Positions 16,945 to 27,562 of a stretch of 64,000 nt of DNA are shown one piece after another. The position numbers were made by a program, and so were the translations under genes. The notes under the pieces were generated by a model, which had not been told where the DNA came from, ran no database searches, and was given only the letters and a program-made list of their open reading frames with translations. Origin of the DNA: an uncultured bacterium. Its GTDB lineage: Bacteria > Patescibacteriota > Minisyncoccia > UBA6257 > 2-01-FULL-56-20. Each line of letters starts with the position of its first letter. Positions within the stretch are counted from its first letter, which is position 1. Location: NCBI GenBank assembly GCA_963718575.1, contig OY970358.1, positions 322,172-386,171 on the forward strand, written 5' to 3'.

Positions 16945-17521
16945 TTACGAAGAGGTTGATGAAGAGACCGCATTGTACTGCGGAGCGCTAAAGATCTGTA
17001 TCGCATTAAGGGGCCAGAGGCGGAATCGTACGAGGCCCACGATATTGCTTGCGGGCAACGGGCCCCAACTGCGCGAATCATAACTCACCGCGCGATTGTC
17101 CCCCATCATAAAATATGAACTTGACGATAAGTGTAATGTCTTCATTCCCCGCAGTGATCGTGCCCGCGGGCAAGTACGATTCGTTCAGCACAAACCCGTT
17201 GGGATTCTGCTTGTTGTAAATCGTGACGGTATTGTTATTGATGACCACACGCTCGCCCGGCAGACCGATGACACGCTTGATGAGATAGGTCGACACATCG
17301 CTCACATCATGGAAAACGACGACTTCGCCGCGCTCCGGAGGCCGGATGCGATAGGTCAGTTCATCGGTCAGCACATAATCGCCGTTCGAGAACGTCGGGA
17401 ACATGCTCGTGCCACTCACGAGGAACGGCTGAACAAGGAACGTCCGCACGATGAACACCGCCGCAACGGCAATGACCGCGATCTCGATGACCTCAAGCAG
17501 TGATGCAAGGAACTTTCTCAT
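16945..17521 (-). CDS. lepB: Signal peptidase I, frameshifted near 17125 (likely assembly indel)
   Basis: VSGTSMFPT (Ser), LIKRVIGLPGE (Lys), and YFMMGDNRAVSYDSRSWG in a second frame. Confidence 0.9.
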
Positions 17522-17572
17522 AATTTCGTAATGTGTACTCATTATATAGAAGATGCAATATAATAATCAAGC

Positions 17573-18112
17573 ATGGACAAGACGCTCATTATTGGATTAG
17601 GGAACCCTGACCCGGCGCTCGAAGCGACTTACCACAACGTGGGGGCGCTTGCGGTGCAGTGGATCGCAGAACATGCGGCAGAAGACGCTGCCGATACGAC
17701 GGGCAAACCAACCTTTCGCGCTCATAAGGACAGCTTTGCATATATAAAGACCGGGTCATATATATTCGTCCGTCCGCTCACCTATATGAATGAGTCGGGC
17801 CGCGCGGTGCATGACGCAATGCGCGTCTTTGACGCAAAGCCGGAGGATATCATTGTCATCCATGACGACAGCGATATCCCCGTTGGCGAATTTAAACGCA
17901 CGACCGGCGGCGGCTCCGCAGGACACAACGGCATCAGGTCCGTCATCGATCATCTCCACACCCAAGACTTTGCGCGCATCCGCATCGGCATTCGCGCGCC
18001 GGACGAGGCGCATCGCAAAAAAGCCGGCGACTTCGTGCTATCCCCCATCACTCCCGCCGACAAAAAAGTCTTCGAGAACGTATTTGAAAAAATCTTCGCT
18101 TCCTTCTTCTAG
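17573..18112 (+). CDS. pth: Peptidyl-tRNA hydrolase
   Basis: IIGLGNP, HNVG, TYMNESG, HDD, GHNGIRS, RIRIGI. Confidence 0.95.
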   Translation: MDKTLIIGLGNPDPALEATYHNVGALAVQWIAEHAAEDAADTTGKPTFRAHKDSFAYIKTGSYIFVRPLTYMNESGRAVHDAMRVFDAKPEDIIVIHDDSDIPVGEFKRTTGGGSAGHNGIRSVIDHLHTQDFARIRIGIRAPDEAHRKKAGDFVLSPITPADKKVFENVFEKIFASFF

Positions 18113-19626
18113 AAGCCCGACGGTGACAGCGGAAAGGTCATGGAGAACGTGTATGCCCCGGTCGTACCCTGGATGTTGAGCAACGGCAACGTTACCGTGC
18201 CGAAATGCGGATCGCTCTGGATCGCGTTTCTGAACGCTGCGATTTGATCCTCCGATTGCGCGGTGCCGGCGACAAGAATGGGAGTATTCGCCGCCTGGAA
18301 GGAAATGTTGTCCACGGTGACGCCGTTCGCCGCGGCAGTCGCGTTGATATCGGTGATCATCAGATAATCATTATTGATCTGCGATTCTGCGTTGGCGATG
18401 AGCGAGACCGACTGGTTGAATGCGGTGGAAGACGCCTCGAGCGCACCGATCTCTGCGGACTCATTCCGCTGCCCTGCAAACGCCACGGACGATTCGAGGC
18501 TGCTCGCCGTAATGCTCAGGAAATTATTTGCAAAGGCATACATGACGATAAGGCATCCAAGTACCACGGGGATCAATACGCGCCAGAGCGCAAAAAAATC
18601 AAGCAGGCGTTCGTCGTGGTACGTATCCACCGCACCGGAGCCCGAGAGATTGATCTCTTTATCCTTCGGGTCCGCATGAATTCCCCGCAGGCCGCAACCG
18701 AACGCCACGAACCATTCCGGAGGAACCTCCTCGCCCATAGTGAGCGTAAGCGGGATGACCGGCAACGCCATGGCCGATCCGGCGATGGCCGGCTCGGCCT
18801 CCTCCTCGAATGCCACGGCGGAAAGCAATATGCCGGCAAGCGGTTCCGGCCAATGCTGGGAATAGAAATTAAGCACCTGCCGCGTGTTTGCCGCGAGCAT
18901 CTCTTTGAATTTCGCCACTAAGACCTGCCCTTTATCGTCGCTGATATCGGCCCACGCATTCGGATATTCAAAATATAATTTCCCGGCCCGGACAACCAGA
19001 AAATCTATGCCGGAATTATCAATGTCGACCACCAGATATGATCTTCCCGGATCGATGCCGCCCCCCTTCTCGCGTAATGCCCGGACGAGTGCGAGCGCCC
19101 GCGACTCGAGCCCTACCGTGATGAATCCTGCCGCGTAGAGCGCCTGGATCATTCCATCCACGATCACCTTGTCCGCAAACGCCGCGGCGATCTCCGAACG
19201 TAAGCTTTTTTCATCACGGCCAATGAGCTGCCAGCCATAATACGCCTGTGAAATGTCCATAGGAGAAAGCATCTGGACGTTGAGATCGATCGCCCTATCC
19301 AGATCGCTTCCTTCCATGGAAGGAAGAGCGAATACCTGGCTATACATGTTGACCGAACTCAGCGCAACAACGACATTCAGTTTCTCTTTTCCTCTTGTAG
19401 GCACCTTTGCCCTCAATTCACGGAGCGCGGCGTAGAACGCCGCCGCGTCCTTTATCTTTCCTTTTTCCAAGACCCCCGGCAAAAGACGGACAGCTTCTCT
19501 CTTCCAGACGCCTCCTTCAATATAGACGAAGCGCAGCACCTGATCGCTTATCTCAAGACCCTCCGCGTGGGCGCGAAGGCGCAGGAGGGAAAGTATCTTT
19601 TGATAATATGCTTTTAATAATTCCAT
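18109..19626 (-). CDS. PilM/PilN-like type IV pilus assembly fusion protein
   Basis: Actin-like N-terminus (GLEISD..LR, G.I.D, VVDID), single TM, C-terminal PilN-like domain. Confidence 0.7.
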   Translation of the reverse strand: MELLKAYYQKILSLLRLRAHAEGLEISDQVLRFVYIEGGVWKREAVRLLPGVLEKGKIKDAAAFYAALRELRAKVPTRGKEKLNVVVALSSVNMYSQVFALPSMEGSDLDRAIDLNVQMLSPMDISQAYYGWQLIGRDEKSLRSEIAAAFADKVIVDGMIQALYAAGFITVGLESRALALVRALREKGGGIDPGRSYLVVDIDNSGIDFLVVRAGKLYFEYPNAWADISDDKGQVLVAKFKEMLAANTRQVLNFYSQHWPEPLAGILLSAVAFEEEAEPAIAGSAMALPVIPLTLTMGEEVPPEWFVAFGCGLRGIHADPKDKEINLSGSGAVDTYHDERLLDFFALWRVLIPVVLGCLIVMYAFANNFLSITASSLESSVAFAGQRNESAEIGALEASSTAFNQSVSLIANAESQINNDYLMITDINATAAANGVTVDNISFQAANTPILVAGTAQSEDQIAAFRNAIQSDPHFGTVTLPLLNIQGTTGAYTFSMTFPLSPSGF

Positions 19627-19639
19627 ATATGGAGATCGA

Positions 19640-20056
19640 TCATTGCACGTCCGCCCATGAAACGACGCTTATCTGGCCGGTGATGGCGTTCTCCGAAACG
19701 ACGACGCTGATCTTTTTCGTATGGCCCGAGACCGTTGCCACGGAAAGGATGGTCGCCTGGCCGGAAGCGGGACTTCCCTGGGTGACGGTGACGGTCGCCG
19801 TCGTGGAGCTGGCCGCCGAGACGGTATATCCCCCGCTTGAGAATTGCGTGCCGGCGCGATCGAGTTGAAGAACCCCGTCTTCTGCCCCCGCCGTCGCTGC
19901 CGCCTCGGCCTTGAACTCCTCCGCGACGCCATATCCAGTATTTACATATGATAGCGTAAGAAACGCGATTAAAATGCCGGCAACCGCCAGAATTCCTCCG
20001 ATAAAGAATGTGAGCGCCAGGAATGCTTGTCCATTGCGCGACTGATAGTAATGCAC
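19640..20056 (-). CDS. Minor pilin / PilX-like protein
   Basis: RNG|QAFLAL prepilin-like cleavage, hydrophobic helix, AEAAA.AG.EDG.L.L.R motif. Confidence 0.75.
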   Translation of the reverse strand: MHYYQSRNGQAFLALTFFIGGILAVAGILIAFLTLSYVNTGYGVAEEFKAEAAATAGAEDGVLQLDRAGTQFSSGGYTVSAASSTTATVTVTQGSPASGQATILSVATVSGHTKKISVVVSENAITGQISVVSWADVQ

Positions 20057-20190
20057 TCTATTATTGTACTACACTCCCGATATTGGAACCTGATATGGTG
20101 GTTCATAAAGGTGTCAAATAACCCGCAATACTGCAATAACTTGGAATAATCGCGGTTTTTTATCCAAGTTCTTACCCCATTGCGCACTAC

Positions 20191-20218
20191 TTGACAAATT
20201 TTGTCTTAATAGTATACT
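20191..20218 (+). promoter_or_regulatory. Sigma70 promoter
   Basis: TTGACA-N16-TATACT upstream of 20321. Confidence 0.7.
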
Positions 20219-20320
20219 AATTGCAGAACCAAAACTGGTGGGCAATCTTGCCTGCCGGACCAAAAACTCAACATTTAACGCAGGTGACGGCCATGGAAGG
20301 CCGGCCTAGGAGGAATCACC

Positions 20321-21499
20321 ATGAAGAATCAGTCTCGTTTTTCACTGGCCGGCTTCGCTATTCTGTTCGGCCTCACCATGGCCTCAACCGGATGCGGCAG
20401 CGGTGGAAGCACCGGCGGCAATCCGCCACCACCGCCTCCGCCGACACTCGCGTGGAGCAATAACACCAACCCGAGCAATCTTCAAAACTGCGGTGGGGCG
20501 ACATACTCGTACCCCGCAACTGGAAGCAGCGGAAGTGTTACCTACACGTTGGATAACTCTGCATTGGGAACAATCAACGCCGACACTGGGCTCGTAACAG
20601 CAAACTGCTCCAAGAACTTCGTGGCGGCCAGCGGCCATGTCGTCGCAACCGACGGATCCACATCCATCAATTGGCCGGTGGCGTTGGTCAACCAGATCGC
20701 TTACACCAAAAGCGGCTCTGCGGGCGATAGCTTCACTGACACGTTCGTCGTAAACAGCGACGGAACATCACCAACGAAGATCATCGCGAGTGGTTGCATC
20801 AACCCAAGTTATTCCGAAGGCCATGTGAGTCTCGCCTGCATTGCGAGCGTCAATCCGCAGGATCAGGTGCAGATTTATAAGACCGACGGCATGACAACGC
20901 CGACCTTGACCACAACACTCACCTTCGCGTCACTCAAGCAAATTCTCTTCGTCTCGCTATCCCCCGATGGCAAGACGCTGTTGCTCACCGCTGAAGCCCC
21001 CGGCACTTTCGGGGTCTACAGCGCAAGCGCAATCGACGGAAGCGCACTAAAATCCCTTTACCAGGAAACGTGCTCAGGGAGTTTCTGCGTAGGTACTGGC
21101 GCGGCAAGCTGGAGTCACGATGGCAAAACCATCGCGTTCACCAACGTCGTGAATGGCCAGGGTACTATCTGGACGATGAACGCCGACGGCACCGACCAAG
21201 CCGCTTGGTTGCCTGCAGGAGTCCCAGGGGACGAAGCTCTATTCGCTGTTGGCGATCAGGAGATCTTCTTCACCTCGTCGTCAGGAGCGCCTGGTATTTA
21301 TACCGACGGCCTTGACGAAGCTCCATCCGCGAACCCCGTTATCCCTAACGGCAATAACTTCGCATTGTCACCTGACGGTGGATCCATCGTCTACAATCTT
21401 CCGGGCGCTAACGGATCCACGAGCATCTACGTCGCCAACGCGGCAGACGGAAGCGACGCAAAACTGATCAGCGCCGCTCCAGGCTCCATCGCGTGGTAA
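20321..21499 (+). CDS. Lipoprotein with TolB-like (PD40) beta-propeller
   Basis: Lipobox STGC, Gly/Pro linker, repeats SPDGK, WSHDGKTIAF, SPDGGSIVY, IWTMNADG. AGGAGG RBS. Confidence 0.8.
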   Translation: MKNQSRFSLAGFAILFGLTMASTGCGSGGSTGGNPPPPPPPTLAWSNNTNPSNLQNCGGATYSYPATGSSGSVTYTLDNSALGTINADTGLVTANCSKNFVAASGHVVATDGSTSINWPVALVNQIAYTKSGSAGDSFTDTFVVNSDGTSPTKIIASGCINPSYSEGHVSLACIASVNPQDQVQIYKTDGMTTPTLTTTLTFASLKQILFVSLSPDGKTLLLTAEAPGTFGVYSASAIDGSALKSLYQETCSGSFCVGTGAASWSHDGKTIAFTNVVNGQGTIWTMNADGTDQAAWLPAGVPGDEALFAVGDQEIFFTSSSGAPGIYTDGLDEAPSANPVIPNGNNFALSPDGGSIVYNLPGANGSTSIYVANAADGSDAKLISAAPGSIAW

Positions 21500-21533
21500 T
21501 TCTAATTCGGGGCGGCAACCACCGCCCCACAGC

Positions 21534-21567
21534 ACAGCCTGTCCTCTCACGGATGGGCTGTTTTTTT
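21534..21567. terminator. Rho-independent terminator
   Basis: ACAGCCTGTCC...GGATGGGCTGT followed by a T-run. Confidence 0.7.
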
Positions 21568-21573
21568 ATTTTT

Positions 21574-22962
21574 TTAGTTGCACGCCTGTATTGTTGTAGA
21601 GGTGGTATTTGCCCAAACATCGCAATGCTGGCCGGTTGGAACACCATTATTTAGACATGCGGCTATGTCTCCCTCATCCACAACTTCCGGCAATGCTGAG
21701 CCGCACGAAGGAATTCCTTCAATGCCAAGCGTACCTACCGGGCTGTTACACGTGCTGGGACCGCTACAATTCCCCGGACTGGTTAACTGTCCGCTCCCGC
21801 TGTATTCACTATTGATGCTCGCGGAACAATTGTAATTGAAATTCACCGAGCCAGCGCCACCGACATTTGTGGTGGTAGCAGTCGTAAACCATGCGGTCTG
21901 GCCCGGAAAAACATTTGCATTACTATCATTGCAATCGTTAAAGCCGATCGTGGGGGTAGTATCTGACGAACGAGCCGGTCCGGCCGACGAACTAGTAGAC
22001 CAACTAGAACCGGCAAGATATCCGTCATGATCGGCATCGGTTCCGTACATCTGGCCCGTTGCTATTTCGCCACCGGCAGCAATGGTTACTTGGCCGCTCC
22101 CAGAAAACGTCATCGTACTCCCGGGTGTTAGCACAAAGGTATAGCCGTTCCCTATGGTCACCCCTTCATCAACCACAATCAATGCATTCTCGGGACCGTC
22201 AATCGGATCGGAAGATCCAAACGAACACCCTCCTGAACCATATGCACTACCGGTAAAGTTAGAGCCTGAGCTGACGTTCCACTGCGCTCCATTGTAATTA
22301 TTGACGCTCCACCCACACTGGGCATCCGTCCAAGCAATCTTCGCCGAGTTCACATTTCCCTGATTGTCGGTCGCAGTGAAGGTGGTAAAATACCGCGCAA
22401 CGTGCGTGTCCTTAACCGTCCACGTGACTGAATACTTCTCATCCCCTTCCGCCGCCTGTGCGACATTGTTTGAGCCGGTGCTATTGTTCGGACCGGCGAG
22501 CATCAGCTGATTCTGCGTGTTCACGGAATATCTTTGGGGCAGAATATCGTCCGATGCGGCAGGGCCGACGAGCATGAGCGGCACCGTCGTCGTGCCGTTG
22601 TCCGTCTGGATATTCGCGACGACCGAAGTGACCGGGTTGGGATCGGAAACAATGACGGTCAACGTCTGCGTGTCACCCACGTGGACATCGACGGGATTCA
22701 CGGTCGCCTGAACGATCTTCGGGGTCACGCCCGCAGCTTGCATGATCTGATAGGTCTGCGACCCGTGCGGGATCGGCGCCATCTTTATGGGTGTGGTGCT
22801 CGTGGCAACCGCCGCGATCTGATTGCCGGGCTGAGGATTCACCGCCTGCTGGGTCGGTGCCAATGATCGTTTTGGCAAAAGGATGACCACGACAGCGATC
22901 ACTGCGGCAACGATGATGATGCCGACACCGAGCATGATTGTTTTTTTACTTGAGGACTTCAT
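21574..22962 (-). CDS. Membrane-anchored Cys-rich surface protein with DxDxDG / DCND putative metal-binding motif
   Basis: N-terminal TM, Ig-like region, DADHDGY...NDCNDSNANVFPGQ, Cys-rich C-terminus. Confidence 0.75.
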   Translation of the reverse strand: MKSSSKKTIMLGVGIIIVAAVIAVVVILLPKRSLAPTQQAVNPQPGNQIAAVATSTTPIKMAPIPHGSQTYQIMQAAGVTPKIVQATVNPVDVHVGDTQTLTVIVSDPNPVTSVVANIQTDNGTTTVPLMLVGPAASDDILPQRYSVNTQNQLMLAGPNNSTGSNNVAQAAEGDEKYSVTWTVKDTHVARYFTTFTATDNQGNVNSAKIAWTDAQCGWSVNNYNGAQWNVSSGSNFTGSAYGSGGCSFGSSDPIDGPENALIVVDEGVTIGNGYTFVLTPGSTMTFSGSGQVTIAAGGEIATGQMYGTDADHDGYLAGSSWSTSSSAGPARSSDTTPTIGFNDCNDSNANVFPGQTAWFTTATTTNVGGAGSVNFNYNCSASINSEYSGSGQLTSPGNCSGPSTCNSPVGTLGIEGIPSCGSALPEVVDEGDIAACLNNGVPTGQHCDVWANTTSTTIQACN

Positions 22963-22986
22963 GGTGTGAAGGATTAAAAATAGTTA

Positions 22987-25900
22987 TTAATTTATGGTGA
23001 AGTTCGGCGCTTCACTTGTCGGTGCGGTGTTGGACCATTGGCTCGCATCAAAGCGCGGCGCGCTCAAGCGATATGAGACCTCGCCAGCCTGATCGCCGAA
23101 GATAGTGAGCGTGCCGGCCGCCGCATCTTTGGTATACCACGTATTCCCGTCGAACGACGGCGTGAGGATCACGATCATGCTATCGAGCTGAGCCGGAAGG
23201 TTCGTTGCCTTGCCAAAAAGCCAGAGGTCCGAACCCTGCGCGAGCGTATTGAAGTCGATCGTCGTTGAGCACGTCGCGCCGGGACCCTTCGCGCACGTAA
23301 GGTCGAGCAATCCCGTCGTCTCTTCTTTCTCGCCCGTCATCGCCGGATTGTATGTTGCGTAATTTTTTCCGTCGATCGAATAGACAGGGTCGATCGTCCC
23401 GACGGTAAGCTTCCCGGCAATATTCACGTTACCGGAAGAATTCAATGTAAGACCCCAGCCGCTGTTATATAACCCTATGAGACCGCCGTCATTTCCCATA
23501 AATTCCGTGTCGCCGTTATTGACCCATACGCCGCCGTTACTACTACCGTCTCCGGTCTGTATGCGTCCATTGACCGCAAGATCGACGTTGCTACCCCCAA
23601 GGCCACCGATGGTAAGCTTGCTCGTCGGCCCTGATGTCCCGATGCCGACGTTGCCGCTCCCCGTGATCAAAGCATACCCGCCGCCGCTATTGGTAAAGTA
23701 CCCGCCGAAGCCGCTCGCATTAGTTGCTAATCCATAAGCCCCGACGCCATTCGACGCAGTCGACTGTCCCGCAGTACCGGCCCAATATTGGCCGCTCTCC
23801 TGCCCCGCCAGGAAGCCGGTCGTTCCACCGCCACCCGTGGCAGTTACCGAACCGATCCATGAAGAATTAGGTCCCGAAGTGAACGTTTGAGTGCCCGTCC
23901 ACGTATTCGCACTGCCAAGATTCAGGGAAATGGCATTGAATGTGCCGCCAGTGCCAACAGCAATCGATCCACCACCGCCCGAAAGACCCGTCCCGGCGGA
24001 GGGGCCGGTAATGGTAACGTTGCCCATGGCCGCTTGATTGCTCCCCGAGCCATAGTTTACGGAAATAGTACCCGAACCCGTGATGGTTCCGCCGGAAAGT
24101 CCCGTACCCGCCGTGACGCTCGTCACCGTACCCGCGTTGCCCGTCGGCCATGACGAGATGCAGTTTGCGCCGCTAAAGCAATAACTTGCGGCACTCGCCT
24201 GTCCGTTCACGGTCAAATTATCCCAAATGCCGACATTTCGCGTGCTGCCGCCGGCAGAATTATTCCCGACGATCATCAACGTTTTAAATGTGTTGTTGTC
24301 GTTATAGATTCCGGCGCCTCCGTCGCCCGTGCCATACGCAGCCCAAGATGCATAATTCGGAGTAAGGCCATAATTCCCCCCGATCGATCCTCCGGTCACT
24401 GTCAATTTATATCCCGGGCTCGTCGTCCCGATGCCGACGTCGCCGCCATTGAAATATGAGTTTCCGCTCACCGCCAGATCGTCCACGTTTGTACCGGCAT
24501 AGTTTTGAAGAAGGAGACCACCATTACCCGACCCTATCTTTACGACCGTGTTATTGAGATCGCCGTAAATGAGGGGACCGCCCGTTCCATTGACGCTCCC
24601 CGAGCCGCCGCCGAGGTAAAGATAATTTCCATCAACCTCTATGTTTCCGTTCACTTCCAATGCCTGGCCAGGCGACCCCGTCCCGATGCCGACATCGCCG
24701 CCATTCTCATTGATCAACGTATTACCGGTAGAACTATAATTTATATATAACGGGGAGGATCCTCCGTTGTTCAACGACCAAATTTGGTTACCATTAATAC
24801 CGATATTAGTTCCTGTCGTAGGGCCGACGTTAATTTGTACTGGGAATACATAATTTCCCCCGCCAGTATTGGAGCCGAACTGGCCGGAAGAGACATTGCC
24901 GGCAGAAATGGCGGAGACAACACACGTCCCCGCGATCAACTGACCTCCCGAATTGGTCCCGACGCAATTCTGACTCGTAAGGCCGGAATCAATGAGGGTC
25001 GTTGCCCGTGCAGTGCCGGCGACGTCAAGTAGATACGCCGGACTCGTCGTCCCGATGCCGACGTCGCCGTGAACGTTCAATCCGCCAGCGAGTCCCAAAT
25101 CTCCAGAAGTATCGAGTGCGTAAACCCACGCAACTCCCTGTTGGGCAATACCAAGAAGACTGGTATTGATACCGGAAACAGAAGTACCGGGATTATTTTG
25201 TAGCTGCGCACCATTGCTACTAGTTCCCAAAAGGAGAGCTACACTTGTATGGATATTCCCATTCACATCGAGTGGATAGGCAGGGGTCGTCGTCCCGATG
25301 CCGACGCTGCCGGGGAAGCTGTAATTTCCCCCGCCGGTGCCGGAGCCGAACTGGCCGGAAGAGACATTGCCGGCAGAAATGGCGGAGACAACACACGTCC
25401 CCGCGATCAACTGACCTCCCGAATTGGTCCCGACGCAATTCTGACTCGTAAGGCCGGAATCAATGAGGGTCGTTGCCCGTGCAGTGCCGGCGACGTCAAG
25501 TAGATACGCCGGACTCGTCGTCCCGATGCCGACGTCGCCGCCGGAATCTTGAAGGACCAATGAATTTGTGCCATTGGTGACCCCAACGGCCATATACGCA
25601 TTCGCGGGAGTAGCATTATAGTCCCACATAATTCGCCCACGGTTAGTACTGGCCTGCCCAACTTCAACATATGAGTTAGCTCCCGGATTTGCTGCCATAA
25701 TAGTACTCGCGGGTACGCCGGATGCCGCCCCGACATCAGTTCCAACAACCAAAGCATCCGACGGCGACGCTGTCCCGATGCCGACGTCGCCATTATCTAA
25801 TACCTCCATCCTATTCGCCCCGGCGGTTACGTCGTATATTCCAAATCCATTGGAGGCTGACGCACCCCCATAAAGATAGAACTCATCAGCGCCATCAGCA

Positions 25901-26493
25901 GCATCAAACACCATTCCATTTTGTGAACTGCCTCCGGTCAGTAATAGTTTCTCATTACCCGTGGCTGAAACAACAAGGGGTTGACTTGGTGTCGACGTCC
26001 CGATGCCGATGTTGCCAGGGAAGCTGTAATTTCCCCCGCCGGTGCCGGAGCCGAACTGGCCGGAAGAGACATTGCCGGCAGAAATGGTGGAGGCACCGAG
26101 ACCGCTTGCGTTGAGCGTTCCACCGACGATGAGATTATCGCCAATGATGGTGTCCCCCGCGGTGACGGTGCTGGTCGCGATGGAGACCGCCCCGTCGTCA
26201 CGAAGTAAAAGAATGGGGGTCGTGTTGTTCTCTAGAAACTTTCCGGCATAGGTGGTGTTGTCGCTCGTTCCGCCAAGGCTCAGAAATTTATCCCCGGATA
26301 TCGTCGTTGGGGTGCCGACAGCGACGTTGTTCGAGCTGTCACTGCCGATCGCGCCGGATCCGCTTGGCGGCGCCTGGGTCGGTCCAACGAATGCAAATGC
26401 CTCGAGCGCGAACGCAAAGACCATTCCCGCAACCAAAGCCCCCGCCGCGATGGCGAGGACACTCGGCGTCTTGAGCAATGGATTTTTCTTCAT
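22987..26493 (-). CDS. Large secreted fibre/adhesin with G(N/D)VGIGT repeats
   Basis: Signal peptide followed by PTQAPP.G, multiple GxVGIGT repeats, GTVTSVTAGTGLSGG, C-terminal GTIDPVYSI domain. Confidence 0.85.
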   Translation of the reverse strand: MKKNPLLKTPSVLAIAAGALVAGMVFAFALEAFAFVGPTQAPPSGSGAIGSDSSNNVAVGTPTTISGDKFLSLGGTSDNTTYAGKFLENNTTPILLLRDDGAVSIATSTVTAGDTIIGDNLIVGGTLNASGLGASTISAGNVSSGQFGSGTGGGNYSFPGNIGIGTSTPSQPLVVSATGNEKLLLTGGSSQNGMVFDAADGADEFYLYGGASASNGFGIYDVTAGANRMEVLDNGDVGIGTASPSDALVVGTDVGAASGVPASTIMAANPGANSYVEVGQASTNRGRIMWDYNATPANAYMAVGVTNGTNSLVLQDSGGDVGIGTTSPAYLLDVAGTARATTLIDSGLTSQNCVGTNSGGQLIAGTCVVSAISAGNVSSGQFGSGTGGGNYSFPGSVGIGTTTPAYPLDVNGNIHTSVALLLGTSSNGAQLQNNPGTSVSGINTSLLGIAQQGVAWVYALDTSGDLGLAGGLNVHGDVGIGTTSPAYLLDVAGTARATTLIDSGLTSQNCVGTNSGGQLIAGTCVVSAISAGNVSSGQFGSNTGGGNYVFPVQINVGPTTGTNIGINGNQIWSLNNGGSSPLYINYSSTGNTLINENGGDVGIGTGSPGQALEVNGNIEVDGNYLYLGGGSGSVNGTGGPLIYGDLNNTVVKIGSGNGGLLLQNYAGTNVDDLAVSGNSYFNGGDVGIGTTSPGYKLTVTGGSIGGNYGLTPNYASWAAYGTGDGGAGIYNDNNTFKTLMIVGNNSAGGSTRNVGIWDNLTVNGQASAASYCFSGANCISSWPTGNAGTVTSVTAGTGLSGGTITGSGTISVNYGSGSNQAAMGNVTITGPSAGTGLSGGGGSIAVGTGGTFNAISLNLGSANTWTGTQTFTSGPNSSWIGSVTATGGGGTTGFLAGQESGQYWAGTAGQSTASNGVGAYGLATNASGFGGYFTNSGGGYALITGSGNVGIGTSGPTSKLTIGGLGGSNVDLAVNGRIQTGDGSSNGGVWVNNGDTEFMGNDGGLIGLYNSGWGLTLNSSGNVNIAGKLTVGTIDPVYSIDGKNYATYNPAMTGEKEETTGLLDLTCAKGPGATCSTTIDFNTLAQGSDLWLFGKATNLPAQLDSMIVILTPSFDGNTWYTKDAAAGTLTIFGDQAGEVSYRLSAPRFDASQWSNTAPTSEAPNFTIN
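24871..25540. repeat. Exact 199-bp intragenic direct repeat (24871-25069 = 25342-25540), plus a 70-bp repeat (25313-25382 = 26018-26087)
   Basis: Base-by-base identity by eye. Offset 471 nt keeps the frame. Confidence 0.9.
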
Positions 26494-26505
26494 CGTGCGA
26501 CTTGA

Positions 26506-26955
26506 TTACTGCGCGGTGCTTGACGTCGTGGGGGTTGGGATCTGCGTGCCGGCAGTTTCCTGTTGCGCCGCCGCTTCGGCCGCACCCGGATTCTCTATGG
26601 CCTGTGCCACACTGCTTGTGGCCGCGAGCCGCGTCCATAAAATAATTTGTTTTGCGTTAAGATAAACATCGCCGGCGGGTCCCCACGCTATCTGACTGAA
26701 AGGATACACACCAACAGTCGGATTCCCTTTTGCGTCGGTGCTGCGCTCAAGGAACCACGCATCCTGGATGTGCGGCGTCGGGAACCAGTCAAGCGTACCA
26801 AAATAGACATCGCCGGTTGAAAGATACACCGCGGAGTACGGTGAAAGCGCCACGCCCGGCTTTCCCCCGCTCAAATTTAATCCGACCCAGACGCCAACAG
26901 CGACAAAAATCACGGCAACGACGATGATAAGGATGATAGTAAAATTTTTTTTCAT
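26506..26955 (-). CDS. Membrane-anchored hypothetical protein
   Basis: N-terminal TM and YSAVYLSTGDVYFG motif. Confidence 0.8.
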   Translation of the reverse strand: MKKNFTIILIIVVAVIFVAVGVWVGLNLSGGKPGVALSPYSAVYLSTGDVYFGTLDWFPTPHIQDAWFLERSTDAKGNPTVGVYPFSQIAWGPAGDVYLNAKQIILWTRLAATSSVAQAIENPGAAEAAAQQETAGTQIPTPTTSSTAQ

Positions 26956-26967
26956 AGTATGAGTGTG

Positions 26968-27531
26968 TTAATTCTTTGCAACGACGATAAGGTGTCCCAT
27001 GGGACCGCTCGACGGCCCTCCGCAGGAACTACAATAGAAGAGGAAGTTTCCGCTTTGAAGCGCCTGGAACTGGATGCGCTGGGTTTTACCTTTTGCGATC
27101 GGCGCATTGAAGCCATAATCAGGCTGAGTAAAGGAATAGTTCGCATCCACGGCAGTGATCTCAAGGTCGACGGTATCGCCCTGGTTCACGATCACCGTAT
27201 CGGGCACAAACGCGTTACTCTGGATGTTGATGCTGAAACTGCGGTATTGCACATTTCCCGCCGGATCGCCCACGCTTTGAACCGCAGGAACCGCAACGCC
27301 CGACGAAGTGCTTGTAGCACCTTTATTGGGAACCGTGACATTCGCCGGAACCGCAGTACGAGTGGTGGATGACGGCGTGATCGGAGCCACAGGATTCGTT
27401 GATGCGGTACCCGACGATCCCGGCGCGCCGGGTGCCGGAACACTTATAGGATGCTCGTACCAAACCACAGCAACTATGGCGATCACGACCACTATTATGA
27501 CAACGCCCACGATCTTCTTAGTGTTGCTCAT
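26968..27531 (-). CDS. Membrane-anchored cupredoxin-domain protein
   Basis: F.PDTVIVNQGDTV, FYCSSCGGPSSGPMG. Confidence 0.75.
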   Translation of the reverse strand: MSNTKKIVGVVIIVVVIAIVAVVWYEHPISVPAPGAPGSSGTASTNPVAPITPSSTTRTAVPANVTVPNKGATSTSSGVAVPAVQSVGDPAGNVQYRSFSINIQSNAFVPDTVIVNQGDTVDLEITAVDANYSFTQPDYGFNAPIAKGKTQRIQFQALQSGNFLFYCSSCGGPSSGPMGHLIVVAKN

Positions 27532-27562
27532 AAAAATATTATAGCATAATGATATGTTTCTA

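Noticed and set aside
22987-26493. CRISPR array or DGR template/variable repeat pair
   Set aside because: Repeats are in-frame coding modules with irregular spacing, the copies are identical rather than adenine-variable, and no cas or reverse transcriptase gene is in the window.
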